A stretch of DNA of 63,759 bases, counting the filler, from Phoronis australis (lineage: Eukaryota > Animalia > Phoronida): assembly GCA_002633005.1 (NCBI GenBank). It is 7 parts of 7 records of this genome, joined end to end, with 100 filler letters (N's around TTAATTAATTAA, not from the genome) between each part and the next. Parts side by side here need not be neighbours in the genome. Positions count along the whole stretch, not along the records: positions 1 to 27,993 come from NMRA01000376.1; 6 more parts are not named here. One strand, 5' to 3'. The number at the start of each line of letters is the position of its first letter. Within the stretch, counting starts at the first letter, position 1. Positions 14,164-28,093 of the stretch are shown piece after piece. Below the pieces are notes generated by a model. It saw nothing but the letters and a program-made list of their open reading frames with translations, made no database searches and was not told where the DNA came from. Made by a program: the position numbers and the translations under genes.

Positions 14164-17100
14164 ATGGATGGCCCTGAGTCTGTTCCTGTGAGGGGCCCTT
14201 CTAAGGGCCGGGTTGGAGAAGGTGAGTAATTGTGTTGGACGCGTACTCAAAGTGACTGGACCCTTAAGGGAGACTGACCATGTTCTCAAAGGCCCAACTT
14301 TAACCTGAGATTGAAAGAACAAAAATAAATGGTCATAATCGGTTTTACGGCAACCGAAATGCATTTTTGGATTATCATTGGTTGGGTTATACTGTCAGCA
14401 TTGACCAGAGCTGTAATACAGCAAAATTTGATGCGTTAATATTTGATTTTATTATGAATAGCCAATACGTGTCATTTTCTGCCATGTGTTGGCCATTCAC
14501 TGAAGTCAAGGCAGATGACTTTACCAATAAATACACTTCACAGAACACATGACCATTCAGTGAGTGGGGTTTAGGTCTATGAGCGTAACATTGGACTGCA
14601 ACTTCTGAGGTTGCAATTTCAGTGCCACGTTATGGCTGATCTCAGAAAATTTGTTTCTTTCTGATTTTGTCACTGTAATCAAGACTGTGCACGTTTTCAA
14701 AGACCCCGGATTTTGCAACTTTGAACTGAGATTCATAGTACAAGTTTAAGATGGATGAACACATGAATAATACTGCTTGTGAGCTTCGTTGGTGACAAAA
14801 TACATTCGTGGAAAGTCTGAAGTGTTAGCTCACTTCAGTTCAAATTATTAACGCTACATATACCCAACACAAAACTTAAAGGGTCAATCCTCCTTCCAAC
14901 ACAAAAATATTTTTTATTTAGACTACTTAGTGGTATGAAATTGTTCTCAAATTGTTCCTTAGTTAAAATATGATTTCTGGGCTTGGAAAGAAGTGACAGC
15001 TTGTTATTGATTGATAACAATCTCTACAAGTTGACTTTTCGTGGTGTGTTGTTTTATTTGCCAAGCATGGTCTCCTAGAATAACGAACTGTCACCTCTTT
15101 GCAAGGCAAAAACTCAATTCTCAAATGAGTAAGGAACAAGTTGAAACCAATTTTACAATCATGGTAAGTTGTCTAAATCGAAATTAAATTTCTTTTACAG
15201 CACAGGGGTTTATTGCCACTAAGTTAATTGAGTTAAAACTTGTTTATCATTGTAGAAAACACTAACCAGAACGCTATGGTTAATCAGGCTAGTGTGAACC
15301 AAGAAGCGCGCATCGTGGCGCGGCTGAGTCGAGAAGATCTTGAGGACAAATACCTACGACTCTACGAGGACAACTTAATTCTGAAGAAACATGCGCGTAA
15401 ACAAGAAGAGAAGATCAAAAAGTAAGCAGTATTCAAAAAATATCTCCTTGCCAGGAGATTGAAAGCCACTCCAGAGTCCTTGGTCACCTGAGGGGAAATA
15501 TGCCTGTGCTTTCTGAGGGGAATTTTTAGTTGAGGGTAACCACCAATTCCACGCACCCCAACCTCATTGCTGTCACAACCCTCATCGACAATACCTCAAG
15601 TAGCCAAAATTAACGTTCTAAGGTAATAAATTGAACCATGAGGGGAATTTTTGAATCAGTAGACATAAATCTTTGAGTCTGATGAAGGGAATTTTGCATG
15701 ATTTGTAAATATTTTTCTTACAAGACTGGGGCCCATATTCAGCGCGAAAACTGAGGCGTCAAAGCCCCTTAACTCTGTCAGTTGAAGTTTGTGTGCAAAA
15801 GTTTGATTGATGTGCTGGAAACACGATTAAGAAGGAAATGGCCCTTTAAGTGTTGACTGTATATCCAGTGGTTGTCATGTGACCTCTACAGTAAGTGTTG
15901 TTAATGTTAGGATGGCCACCAAGCTGCTAAGACTGGTCAATGACAAGAAGCACGGCTATGTTGGCACCAAACAGGGTCGAGAGATTGAGAATGAAGAGGT
16001 GATCGAGGATCTGAAGATCAAGGTGATCGACCTTGAGAAGCAGAACTTACTGCTCAAGGAGAAGGTATGTGTGCAGTCAGTAACTGAACGAGCTGGTCAG
16101 CAGCATCAGTTTTGACCCATGTTTTCCTTTATTGGTGATATTGAGCTGTGCACAAATTTGTTGAAATGTGTAACATGCGTTCGGATTGTAGGAGGAGGCC
16201 ATCACTTTGAATGTAATTTTATCACCCCTCCCCCCCCTTCTAGACTAACTTGTTTCTAAGTTATCCAGAGACTCTTGCAAAGTTTTTGATTAGGGCACTA
16301 GATTGCTGCAAGAGTACCCTGTATGTATTGTATATCACTGCTTACATGTTCTTTGGTATCAGGCGACTTATAAGCCCAATAGTCCTTTTGTTTCTATATT
16401 ACATTCTGTGCGCATCCATGTCACTATCGTAATACATATGGGTGGTCATTGATGTCGTCTCTATCTGTGCTGTATCTTCTAAGTCCTTTAGATGATCTTC
16501 ATGAAGGTTGGCAGATGTGTTCCTTTGGAGCTGATGACGGGTGACAACGACTTTTGGATGGATGTGACTACCGCTGTGCCGTCTTGTAGCAATTTTATAT
16601 TTTTAATGTTTAACTCTTTATCTTGAGAATTCCTTGACTGACTTTTTTGAAATTTGTCCATCTAGGAGATGCCTTTTCTTTTTTGGATGGACTCGACATA
16701 TTCTGCGTCACCTGGTGGCCAATTTATTATTGGCGAGTCTGTGTTTTTGCGTCTGCCAAACCGAATCATTATAAAAATTGGCAGATGTGATCCTGCTGAG
16801 AAGACCACAACTGACATAAATGATTTTTTGCATGGGTGCAACTACTGTTTTGAATTTAATTATTATTTTCTTGGTGCTTCACTGACCAAGCACAATGACC
16901 ATGGGTGAGTTCTGAAATGCAAGTCACGTGCAAGACAATCTCAGTATATTATCTTATCCTATGAAGCTGAAACTAAGACTTTTCTCCCATAATTCAATAT
17001 TCCAACCATGCCAACCAATCATTTCAGTGGCAGCCATTATGCTGGTCCTTGTTTGTACAGTAGGTATTCCTCAATTCAGCAAACAATGATGGCTGACATT

Positions 17101-20100
17101 GAAATATGTTTTTGTCAAATTTTTCGGCAAAATGAACGTCAAGAAAAACTTGCTGTTTGAAGATCTATCATAAAGCAAAACTTTGGTAAAATGTTGAGCT
17201 TAATTGTAAATGCATTTATTTGTTAGTATTGTTGACTTTAAGTTATGGGAATGTTTGGCATGGCATCATTTTGACGTCATTATGACGTTTTGGACCCAGT
17301 GTGACGGCACATCTATTCTTATTTCGGGGTCCAAATTGCATAATCTACTGCCATGACAGGTCATCACTAAACAGCGAATAGTGTTACTATTGACCTTTAA
17401 TTCTTTCAGTTACTGATCACGAAACAACAAGTAACATCTGGTCCGAAGCGAGCCAACCCGTATGGCAATGTTCAATCAAGGATCAATACGGTCAGTACGA
17501 AGTGATTGTATTTAATCATTGGCTTAGTTGACTTTTAATTAGAAATGAAGTGTGTCTGAAGGGCAGCTAAACCCTCACACTATTACATGCTCTGTGATAT
17601 TGTGTTTAATTTACATTTCAATGAATGTTGTACTTGTTGTTTCAGGGAAGAACAAAAGCAGAACCAAGTGAGAGAATTGTAAAAAGCATGAGAGTTGCTG
17701 GACCCAGGTATGTTATGCAGAACTGATGTAGAAATCACCTGGTTTTGCAGAATTATCACTTGATTCTCGAACAGTAGTTGCTGGAGAGGTACTGCACATC
17801 AAGAGTTGAAGATGGTTTTTGATTAGTCCTAATCTAGACTCCCCTACAAACTCTAAGTTTTCCTTTCCATTAGAGGGTTTAATTTTCTTTGCCAAGACGA
17901 TCAACCAGAGCACATGTAAGTCATAAAACGCTTCAGAAAATCACAAGGCAGATTAGCTCTAATAGATGTTGAATTGCAGGTTATTTCTCAGTTCCAAGTA
18001 AATGTTGAAACCAATTCAAGGAAGTTTTTGACCGTTTTCATAGAGTTTATTAAACCTAAAAATTTCATTGCACCCAACTCATTTTTAAACCTGCACCTCA
18101 AAACTGGCATCAAGTGGCACTAGGTAAAAAAGATCCTGACCCATTTCAGCTGGTATCACGTGACTTTCTTTTAGAAAGTATAGGTGACTTTCTTTTATAA
18201 AGTATACGTGACTTTCTTTTATAAAGTATACGTGACTTTCTTTTATAAAGTATACGTGACTTTCTTTTATAAAGTATACGTGACTTTCTTTTATAAAGTA
18301 TACGTGACTTTCTTTTATAAAGTATACGTGACTTTCTTTTATAAAGTATACGTGACCAAAAATATTGTGACACCGCATTAACTTTCAATAAAACCTCGGA
18401 GAAGCGCCAATTGTTCTGTTTTTGGCCTTGTCATATTTCTTGACTTCACGTTTAATCATTATTAAGCAATTAGTGGAAAGGAAGACATTGCATCCCGCAG
18501 GAGCAGCTTTGTAGTAGATTTTTTGCTACATGTTTTTAAAAATATTTTTGAAATTCTTAGGCATTGTCCTGTATTCTCTACACGTTTCCTTCCATTTCAG
18601 ACCGCCCGCACCACCTCAGAGTCCAACGTTGCCCAGATACGGCCACAGTTTGCTGGAACAGTCTCGAGCTGATATACGTCACTTGTAGGTCTTTTTCACA
18701 ATATCGTGATATTGCCGAGGTTTCTGTAACCGTGGTTAAAGTTACATGGGACCTTATCGACAAGTCTAAGCATTCAGCCAAATATCTACAAAAATATTTA
18801 ATTTAACTCGGTAAAAGTATAATATTTTCTGAAAGCAGAAAGCACATAGAGCTTTATTTTTGATTTTATACGAGTCTGTCATTAATTGGGTCACGTGACC
18901 GTGTCTTATTAGTAAAATTGAGAAAAAAGAATGGTTCACTCATAGCAAAATAACGGTACCAACAACATCACCAGATTTTGTGTGAAATGAATATTCAAAG
19001 TGAAATCTCAAAAACCCTGTTACAGTTTTCTAAATTATCATTTCATTGTTGTTTTATGCTACTATTTCTATAGCAGCAGGTCTATTTATTATGGTATGTC
19101 CGAAACACCGCAGCAATTTTCATACTGCTCCCAGTAGTAATAGCGGAATTGTCTCCAGTGCTATAACAACCTGTTAGGACTAAAATATTTACCTTGATTG
19201 TACTGCTACAGAGAAATGATGATATGTTCTTTAACGTCTACATACAATATGTTGTCAGAGCACAATAATATATTAAAATTGCACAGAATGCTACATGTTG
19301 TATTTTTACGTTTAGTTTTACACTTAGCTTATAATTATTTTAATGTTATCAGTATCATGATATTCAGTGTCATGATATCGCCAATGTTTCTGTAGTATTG
19401 ACTTTTAATGTAATATTTCCATAGTTGTTGCCTTGGTTTAAAATGTAAATAACTGCCCGATTTATCCTGTTCATTTTAGAGAGGATGTCATTGCACAGCA
19501 AAATGACCAGATCTCAGTGTATGAACAAGATATCGAGGTTCTCAAGGAACAGGTAGTTTGAGGCATTTTAGCATTGATAATGATGTATGAATTCAACTAC
19601 TCTATAGTACTTTTTTATTACGAGATATTAAAGTAACTTAATTGCTGTTAAATAGATCACGCTGGCAACTGGTTGGTGGCATTTCATTTGAAATTCACAC
19701 ATGGGCAGTTAGTGGTGCTCAGTTACTCAGTTATTTCGCACACTATCTACCAGTCCTTTACCGTACACTCGAGTCACACTGTAATCTAAAGCACCCACTG
19801 TATACTCCAGTCCTTTACCGTACACTCAAGTCACATTGTAATCTAAAGCACCCACTGTTCACCTCAGTCCTGTATGAACTAGGATTAACACCCACATTTA
19901 TTTATTCACTCCCAAACGAAGCTTTGTTTTCTGGATTTATTAATGGATGGCATTTTCAAGTCCTGTTGTTGCTTTTAGATGAGATTAAAAGAAGCTGAAT
20001 TTGAAGAAGACCTTCTGGTGATTAAGCAGCAAGTGTCTGCTGGTCAAAGGTGAGTGGTGTCGGTTAGAACGTGCAAGCTCAACCTCTGTTCAGCATGCTT

Positions 20101-23100
20101 GATTACCAGCCTCACTCTACGCAGTCTCTCAGTTATTTAGAACTACAAATGTGGAGTTGACTCCAATTGAATTCTAACGCAATTTCATTGTAGGATTGCA
20201 CAGTAAGGCATAGAGAACACTTTTTGCGAACACTTTTGTGAAGACTTGTTGCATCGTTTCGCTTGGGAGCCAGGGGGTCTTCTTCGTGAAAAGTGTCGAT
20301 AAGAAAGAAAAAATTTGGCATTGCTCTCTGCCCAACTATTTCTTCTGAAAAATAATTCGGCTTTATTTGAACAAAAGTCCTAGTCTTTGAGATTATGTAC
20401 CTACTCTCTTGCTACTGAGATAATTTCAATCACACCCATATGTCAATAAAAAAATATAATAATCTGCCATTCTTTAGGTGCTTTTTAATGACTATTGTTT
20501 TGTATATTTATGAAATACACAAATACGCTTTTGGTTGACAGGGCCAATCTTCAAGAAAATGTTGACTTGATTCGCCTTCAGCGTGAAGTGAAAGAGAAAG
20601 GGACGAAGCTAACTAAACTGCAGGCTCAGTATGACAGCTTGGAAGATGTAAGTAATGATCTACACGTTACTGGAGATTTCCTTTTATAAACACAGGCCCT
20701 ATATTTGTTTGATGGCAAGGGTAAACCTGTTGCCCGGAGGTATATTTGGTTTAGCCAAGTATGCATCTTAGTATGTCAATAAGTGTGCTGTGGATTAATT
20801 GTGGATTTTAGCCTTTAGGTTAGGGCTGTTCCAGTAAATGGGGGGAAGGCACCTTTTTTTTGCACCCACCACCCGTATTTTTCATTTATTTCTTCAGCCT
20901 TCCACCCGTAATTTTTTATAAGTTTGAAATGCAACCACCCATAATTTTTTTTTCTTGTGGTTGACTGCACAGGCGCTTGAGTTTATCTGTTCCTCCATCA
21001 CCACTAACGTCATTCATTACTAAGAAAACAATGTTTTTTATATATGGCTATTAGCCATCGAGAAATTCGAGCACCTGTGGTTAACTGGTGTTATGGGCAT
21101 GCCGATGAGATCGGAGGGAATGAAAAAGTCGGAGCTTTTTGCAAGTTGCATTTTTGTTTCAGTTTTTGATTCTGTGCGTATTGTTTATAAAATTTACCAA
21201 AATTACCCACCGTCAAACATTTATGGCCCAATGAAACAACAACGACCTGTAAATTTTTATTTTTATGAATTACGACCACCAGCCATTTTGAATTTAAATC
21301 AAACGCAACCACCCATAAATTTTTATTTCAGTTGCCTTCCCCCCCTCTCCCACACAGATTTTGCTGGAACAGCCCTTACCAATTTTTTGTTGATAATTTT
21401 GTTTTCTTGTTGTAATTTGTCTATTATAATTTCCTTAGTCAAATTAGAGGTTATTTGTTGGCTTGTAAAGAACTGACAGCTTTATAAGCCTCCACTAGTT
21501 CATTTATCATGGCGTATCAGTTTTATAAGTCTTCACTAGCTCACTTATCATCAGTTTTGTGTCATGCTATTATGAACTGCCAGTTCTCTGCAAGCTCAGA
21601 AATCACTTTTGTAATGTTTGTGTGCGTTTGCAGAACACACGGACAATCAAGGGCAGCCATGACCGTCTAATGGCTGAGCTGGAGTCTCTGAATCAGCAGA
21701 TCAAGTCGGAACAGACCAGGAACCTGGCCCTCAAGAACCAGCTGAAGGCTGGATCAGCCAGTCATGGAACTATAGTTGAGGTACTGTGTAGCTTGAGGAA
21801 TGCATTGTCTTAGTTACCTTGGTGCATGCCATGTCAGCCTGGTCAACCCCAAACAACATTCAATAGCCACTTCAGCGGCCTCTTGAATTCCGCAATATTT
21901 GCCCACAATGCTGGGTAGCCGTGGAGTACTTGCCACACAGTTATACAAGGCTGCTGTGCTAACCACTATTTTGCATTAAAAGTTTGCCATTACATCGGTC
22001 ATTCTGATGTGAAATTTTATTGATGCACAGCAAGTTTCAATCAAGACATGCAAAAAATTAAAATCTGAGTGAGGCATGATAAAAAGTTCTTCTTTTGTCA
22101 GACTCAGCTGAGAATTGTGTTAGCTGCCCTACATTTTAAAAACTAAGTCAATCAAGCAATGCATTTTTCTACCTCTGCAAATAAAGAGTGATGATTTTAG
22201 GACGTGGGAATTGGTTTCTGATGATCACTTCTGACTTACAAACCATTCAGATGTCTTAGTTGGTTAACCTGGCTGAACCGGTGTATGCCTGGTGTGTGAA
22301 TCAGTTGCAGTCAATGAGAAAGCAACGAATAATGTCGTGAAGTCCATAATACATTGTATCATGTATTGGAAAATATCATGAAATGAATAAGTATCGTCTT
22401 ACTTTTTGGAAATAATATTTGCAAGGTTTAATTGTTTTTTAGCTGGAAGAGCAAGTCAAAGACCTGAGAAATGAAAATCAAATTTTGAAAGAAGCCAATG
22501 AGAAGTTGGTTAGTAGGTAAGTACTGTCACTTTGTTAAACAAGACCTGTTTTGTCTTTCACCCCTCTTTTCATTTACTTGCTGTGTTCTTAAAACTGCTG
22601 TCCAACCAACAAATCAAATCCCAGCCATAATTAAAACTGCTGCTTTTCTTGTGTTAAGCTTTTCAAAAAAAAAACAAATCTAATCCAACCGTTTCAGCCT
22701 ACATTATACTCAAGCCTCTGCCACTCATTTTGTATGCTCATTTTGCATGCTCCTCCCACTCATTATGCATACCCCTCCCACTCATTATGCATACCGCTCC
22801 AACTGGGTACACCTACTTCTCTCACTAATTATACATGTTTCTCCTGCAGTGCTTTTGACCTGGAACGAGAGCGTGAGTGGCGTCAGCGTGAGAATGCGCT
22901 GAAGGTGCAGATAGCTCAGCTGGAGGCCACCCTCAAGGCTGATGTCGGTGAAAAGGGCAGCATACTAGACCGTCTGAGCGGAGAGAGGCGTAAGTAGGCC
23001 GATCATCAAGGTTCTTAGTTGCTGCTATGTCATTATTTATTGTGGTTTATAGTGTGGCTGTAACAGCAACCTTTTATGTTGCATTTTATTCTGTAGCAGT

Positions 23101-26100
23101 GTTTTATGCAATCTCAAACTTTATTTAATATGTTGATGACCTGCTTTTTGTCATTTAGGGTCATGGCCCCGCAGTGAGTATTTTTGTTCTTGTTGAATAT
23201 TTTGTTGTAATCTAGTTATCGTTGATTTCCTGCTTTATCTGAACACTAGAATATTGTAACTTTGATTTTAAGACTGCAGAAAGCTTTTCTGACAAGTAAG
23301 AAAGGTAGACACATGCTAGGTAGACATCTGCCTCCGTAGCAGACGGCACTTGTCATTCCACTCCGAGCTATAGAGAACGTGAAGTTATACAAGCATGCGT
23401 GTTTTTCAGAGAACGCTGAGAAGTTAGACAAGGAGTTGCGTGAAGAACGACTTAAGTACTTCCAACTGAAGGAGGAACATGACGAATTGAAAGACAAAAT
23501 GAAATTCTTCACACGGGTACGGGAAAATAATTTATGTTTCGCCAAAAGAGTTTCTTATGTCCAACCTAATGAAAATTGCCGTTGCACTAATAACTAACAA
23601 GTCTACTTTATTGCTGGCTTGTACGGTTTGTCTGTCTGTCCTTGTTTTTCATTTTTTTGACTATTGTAATTTGTTGATGTTCGTTCCGTTATGGTGTTCG
23701 ACCTACTGTGCACATTTTAGCAAAAGTACACAATCTGCAATGTCATTATTGGGTGGGCGAAGACACCACTCTCTTGTGTTGCCATTGTTTAGGAATTATA
23801 TGAATTCAGCTTCAATTTGCGTCACACGTTACTTCACTTCAAGTAGCCTGGTTCCCCAGACTGTCAGATTGTGCGCTCACTTTGTTTACATGACTGGTGT
23901 TTTAGTCTTGTTCTTAAATATAGCGAGATCACTACAGACATTCATGCCGTCGTGTCTGCCTTCCCTTTAGGAGAGTGCCGTTGACTTTGCCGAGATCGAA
24001 GAAGCCCTGGTGTTGATTAAGCAACGTAAGGAACAGCAGGGTGCAGAGGAGATCAGCTTCCTACAACAGGTGGACGAGGAAAAAAGTAAAGGTAATTGGA
24101 TAGGGTGGCATACTAATGGTCGGTTGGCTTCACTCACAGTCCTATAGATCACACTTATCACGCTGTACATGCAGTATCATGGCAAATCATTCTGCATGAG
24201 TGGGAAACATTCAGTTTGTTATAGCTGCTGTAAATCATTTTCTCCAGTGTCAAAAACAATTTTCTTCACAGCCATATTTGTTGTTCCAAAGCAACATCGT
24301 CGCGTTCTCATTCCGTTTTCGATTGAAACTGGTTGCAATAAATTGCTCGGGATTCACCGACAGCCACACTCTGCTTCAGTGGTTGGAAGTAACCCACCAC
24401 AGCAAGCTACTGAATGAGCATGTTCTGAAGTAATGACGTGCTCGTCAATTTGTCACAAGTCTAGAAATCAGTTCTATTATGCGAAAGGAACAAAATGAGG
24501 CAAATATTCTTATGTAGGGTGGCCTACATCAGAAGGCGTGAGTTTATTGTACATTTAACATAAACATCATTTCTAGAATCTATTGGTCTATTTTCACCAG
24601 CATCTAGCTTGTTTACTTGGCATGACATTATCTCCAGCCATCTTCAGGTGTTAAATCGTTCGTGGTGGCCACTTCAATTGCATTTCTCCTTGAGCACGGC
24701 AGGGTTTGAACCTGGGACATTTCGGTCATCAGTCCACCACTCCAACCACTAGACCTGAAACTTGCTATACTTTTATCTTCCATATTGTTTAAGGAATGGA
24801 AGCCAGGTGTCACTTGGCACTGTTTCGTTGGCTGGCTGTAGACATTGCCGTGTAGCTCCATATGCATAGATTCCTTGATCTTTCTTTTAGTCCACCCTAG
24901 TTCATTGTTGGGTATCCTGATGTTATCATGCTGGATGTTGTGTTGTTTTGTCCACATATACTGTGCTACTCCTAATGAGTTAGTGCATTCTCTACAGCAT
25001 TTCTTGTGTTCCAGTGCTCAATCTCAAACACCGCCATGCAACAGGAAAAAATACAATGCACGTGCCCACCACATGCTGAGTACCTTGTGTGTTACTGCTT
25101 TAACATTGCAGACTAACTCGTAAATTACGGCTTTAATGGTCCTGACTTGACCACATTTCAGATCTGGAGAAGGAGGTGAACCGTCTTCACGCTGACCATG
25201 CTGAGACTATTGAAGAGCTGGAGAAAACCAGGAACATGTTGATCGTTCAACATAAGATCAACAAGGATTATCAGACGGAGGTAAGCTGTTCTGCTACCAC
25301 ATAACGTGTTCACCCAAGTTATTGTGATGTACCGTATTTCTCCGTGTTAATGCCTGGGGTGTGGGTCTTAAGTTGAACAGGGGTGTTTACGAAACAAATG
25401 GTTTGGTAAGTCCCCTGGGTTTTTGAAACACCTCTCCAGAGGATTGTCTGCTTTATTAAAATATGGTTCCTGAAGAAATGTTCCAGTTATTTAAATCTAA
25501 ACTGACTTTCTCGGATGAAAATTGAGGCAATGTCGTATTACTTACATTAGATGGTTCACAAGTTTATTTCCACTATTCCATTTGTTTTTTCTTGCATTTC
25601 GCTGGCAATTTTGAATTCACTGGAGTTACGGTCGTTGCTGTGACAGTGGTCGCCAGGGACATTGGGTTGTTGGGGTCTTCTGCAGTGCATTAAGAATGGC
25701 CACATGGATGAAATTGGCACTTACCAGGTCTAAAGTCAACCAGTACTAGGCATTAAATTTATTCTTCAAAAGAACCATTATTTTTTCGCAGTTTTAAGAG
25801 CCAGATCCTGGCCTTATTCGCATCCGAATCCAAGGTAACAGGTGCTCAACATGTAACACTTTGTGGCTGGCTCATTTCTTTTTCATGTATGGCCCCAAAG
25901 ACTGTCGGAGATAAAAGTCTAACTTATAAGGAAGTCCAGTAAAATACCGATAGTTAGCAGTAAGCAGAAACACTATAAAGTCTGTGGTGGGCATTTACTT
26001 GCATGATGGAAGGGATTTAAGGTAACTGCTATCTTTGCTGCCAAGAGGCATTTCTGTACTGCTTCAGGTTTTACATGTGACTAAGTGGTGATGAACTGAA

Positions 26101-27361
26101 CTATAGTAACTGTTGNNNNNNNNNNNNNNNNNNNNNNNNNNNNNNNNNNNNNNNNNNNNNNNNNNNNNNNNNNNNNNNNNNNNATGAAGGATGTGGCGTA
26201 TGGCACGCGGCAGTACAGGGTGCAGGCCCCGGGGGTGGAGGATGAGGGCGGTGACGAAGAGGTGGTGGATGAGACAATACACCTGGAGAGGGGACAGAAT
26301 ATGTTTGAGATACATGTCACTAAGGTAGGTGATGTATGAGATGGTACAGGTTGTAGAGATCAGAGTGCAGGCTCCAGGGGGCTAGGAGGTGGGTACTTAA
26401 TCTCGAAACCAAAGCAGCACTTAACGCCAAGTTGCCAAATGTGACTTTGGAAAATCCCAAGTCACCAAACAAAATCTGAGGTCGTCGAAATTGTCAATCA
26501 AATGAAATAACGTCGCACCATTCTCAAAAAGTTTGCATACTTCTATTTCTGCCTGTTCATATGCACCATTCAGACCTGCCAACAGAGAATGCAGATGATA
26601 GGGTATGCTGGAGGTGCGTGTTTCATGGTCTGACCTTGCCTGATTAATGCCAAGCATTTCCGATTTCTGACTTCCGTTAGTTTAGTTCTGTTGTAATTTA
26701 AGTACGTGCGTGATGTGTGCTGACTGCTGAGCGTTGCAATGCTTTCAAGAAATAAACAGAACAATTTTGAACCAAAGGTGTTGAATCTTGGAAAACTCCT
26801 CGTAATTTCAAGTTTGCAAGTCACCACAAATTTTTTTACAGATTTTGGAGGAATTACTGTCTGACTGTGGTACTCACTGTGGCGACTTCGTAGCGACTTG
26901 GAATTTTTTCAGAGGCCGCCAAACACAATCTGAAGTCGCATTGTCCGCCAAATTGAGCACTGCAAAGCTGTCATGTCAAGCAGTCAAGTGTTTTGAATCC
27001 AGTGTCTTAGTACAGGTCTTGTTTTAAGCTTCAAGCATTTAGTTGGAATGAATGTGGCACTTTGATATTTCTTGGTGAGGGGCTTTGCCCAGTGCAGCAT
27101 ACTCCCAAGATTGTAGAAATTTAATTACACGCCCAGTATTCAGCGTATTATCAGCCCTCCATTTTGTCTCAACAGGTGATTCTCAGCGCTGATGGTGTCA
27201 AGTTGCTTGGTGATGACGATCCGTCACTGTTCTGTACCTGGGAGTTCTTTGAGTACGAGACGCAGTCGACACCTGTAGTCAAGGGAACACGTCCCGAATT
27301 TGACTTCACTTCTCAATATGTGGTCAAGGTGGATGACTTCTTCCTACACTACTTGCAAAAG
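14164..27361 (+). CDS. RPGRIP1L: RPGRIP1-like protein (fantom/MKS5), ciliary transition-zone coiled-coil + C2 protein; 3' part truncated by scaffold end
   Basis: Phase-compatible GT-AG exons: 14164-14221, 15256-15421, 15911-16064, 17410-17490, 17646-17707, 18601-18684, 19480-19552, 19979-20049, 20542-20647, 21634-21780, 22443-22516, 22850-22989, 23410-23516, 23971-24091, 25162-25280, (gap) 26184-26324, 27176-27361. Peptides [117 protein letters not shown] and [30 protein letters not shown] match RPGRIP1L. Confidence 0.95.
18157..18356. repeat. 24-bp minisatellite (GTATACGTGACTTTCTTTTATAAA), about 8 copies, in an RPGRIP1L intron
   Basis: Direct tandem repeats visible in the sequence. Confidence 0.95.
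20823..21375. mobile_element. PIF/Harbinger-type MITE
   Basis: TIR GGGCTGTTCCAG...CTGGAACAGCCC with TTA target-site duplication on both sides. Confidence 0.8.
24628..24990 (-). mobile_element. Decayed Penelope-like element 3' end (GIY-YIG C-terminus) carrying an inserted tRNA-SINE head at ~24695-24755
   Basis: Minus-strand peptide ..[35 protein letters not shown]. The embedded GGTCTAGTGGTT...GGTTCAAACCC has tRNA A and B boxes. Confidence 0.6.
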
Positions 27362-27479
27362 GTAATAAGATTTACTAGGTGGCGCTAGTGATACAACGGT
27401 CCCACCTGTGTGCATGTGGTTTTGTCCCTTAAACTCCCATGCTGATGAAGGCTTTCTGTTCTTAGTCTCTTTAGTTGTT

Positions 27480-27900
27480 CCTGGGGTGTATGCCTTATCG
27501 TAGCGGAACAGCTTGTGTATCTCCGTGACCTCTAGAGCTTTACCGGCGGGAGTTTAAAACTTCTGGCTAGGCTACCCATGCTGGGCAGGTCAAAAGGTAG
27601 AGATCAGATGAAATTCACCCCAAACACTCCCTAGGGTTACACTAGGGTTGGGCGTAAAGCCAAATTCCTTTCCCTGTAAAACATTGCTCCTGTCACCTAC
27701 GAGAAGGACAACTCTTACATCAAAACCTGGGCAGACTGGGCTCATCAGCCATAGAAGGCAACCAGTCTAGGAGAAGGCCACTCTGAAATAAAACCATGTG
27801 CTGCCACGAAGACGGAGCATGTCGGCTAATGACAGCGGGCAGACCTTCTGTACCTGTACCACCTTCCCTGCAGAAGAGAACCAGACATGCACGCATTTTA
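27480..27900 (+). mobile_element. RTE-clade LINE 5'UTR-like fragment
   Basis: Motifs TACCCATGCTGGGCAGGTCAAAAGG, GGGTTGGGCGT..CCCTGTAAAA and CCAGTCTAGGAGAAGG..CTCTGAA recalled as typical of RTE 5' ends. Confidence 0.5.
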
Positions 27901-27993
27901 TCCATCGGGAACGCTGCAGAAGAAGAAGTCTCTTTAGATGCTTCAGAGAGGGCCCTTTATTCATTAGCGCCATGTAGTGAATAACAAGTTGAC

Positions 27994-28093
27994 NNNNNNN
28001 NNNNNNNNNNNNNNNNNNNNNNNNNNNNNNNNNNNNNTTAATTAATTAANNNNNNNNNNNNNNNNNNNNNNNNNNNNNNNNNNNNNNNNNNNN
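27994..28093. other. Artificial scaffold linker N44-TTAATTAATTAA-N44
   Basis: Six-frame stop linker. Identical linkers at 37417-37516, 47530-47629, 50762-50861, 58088-58187 and 60760-60859. Confidence 0.97.

Noticed and set aside
25281-26183. Apparent loss of an RPGRIP1L exon (the VEAV..KLEAQ region)
   Set aside because: It coincides with the N gap at 26116-26183, so it is probably just unassembled.
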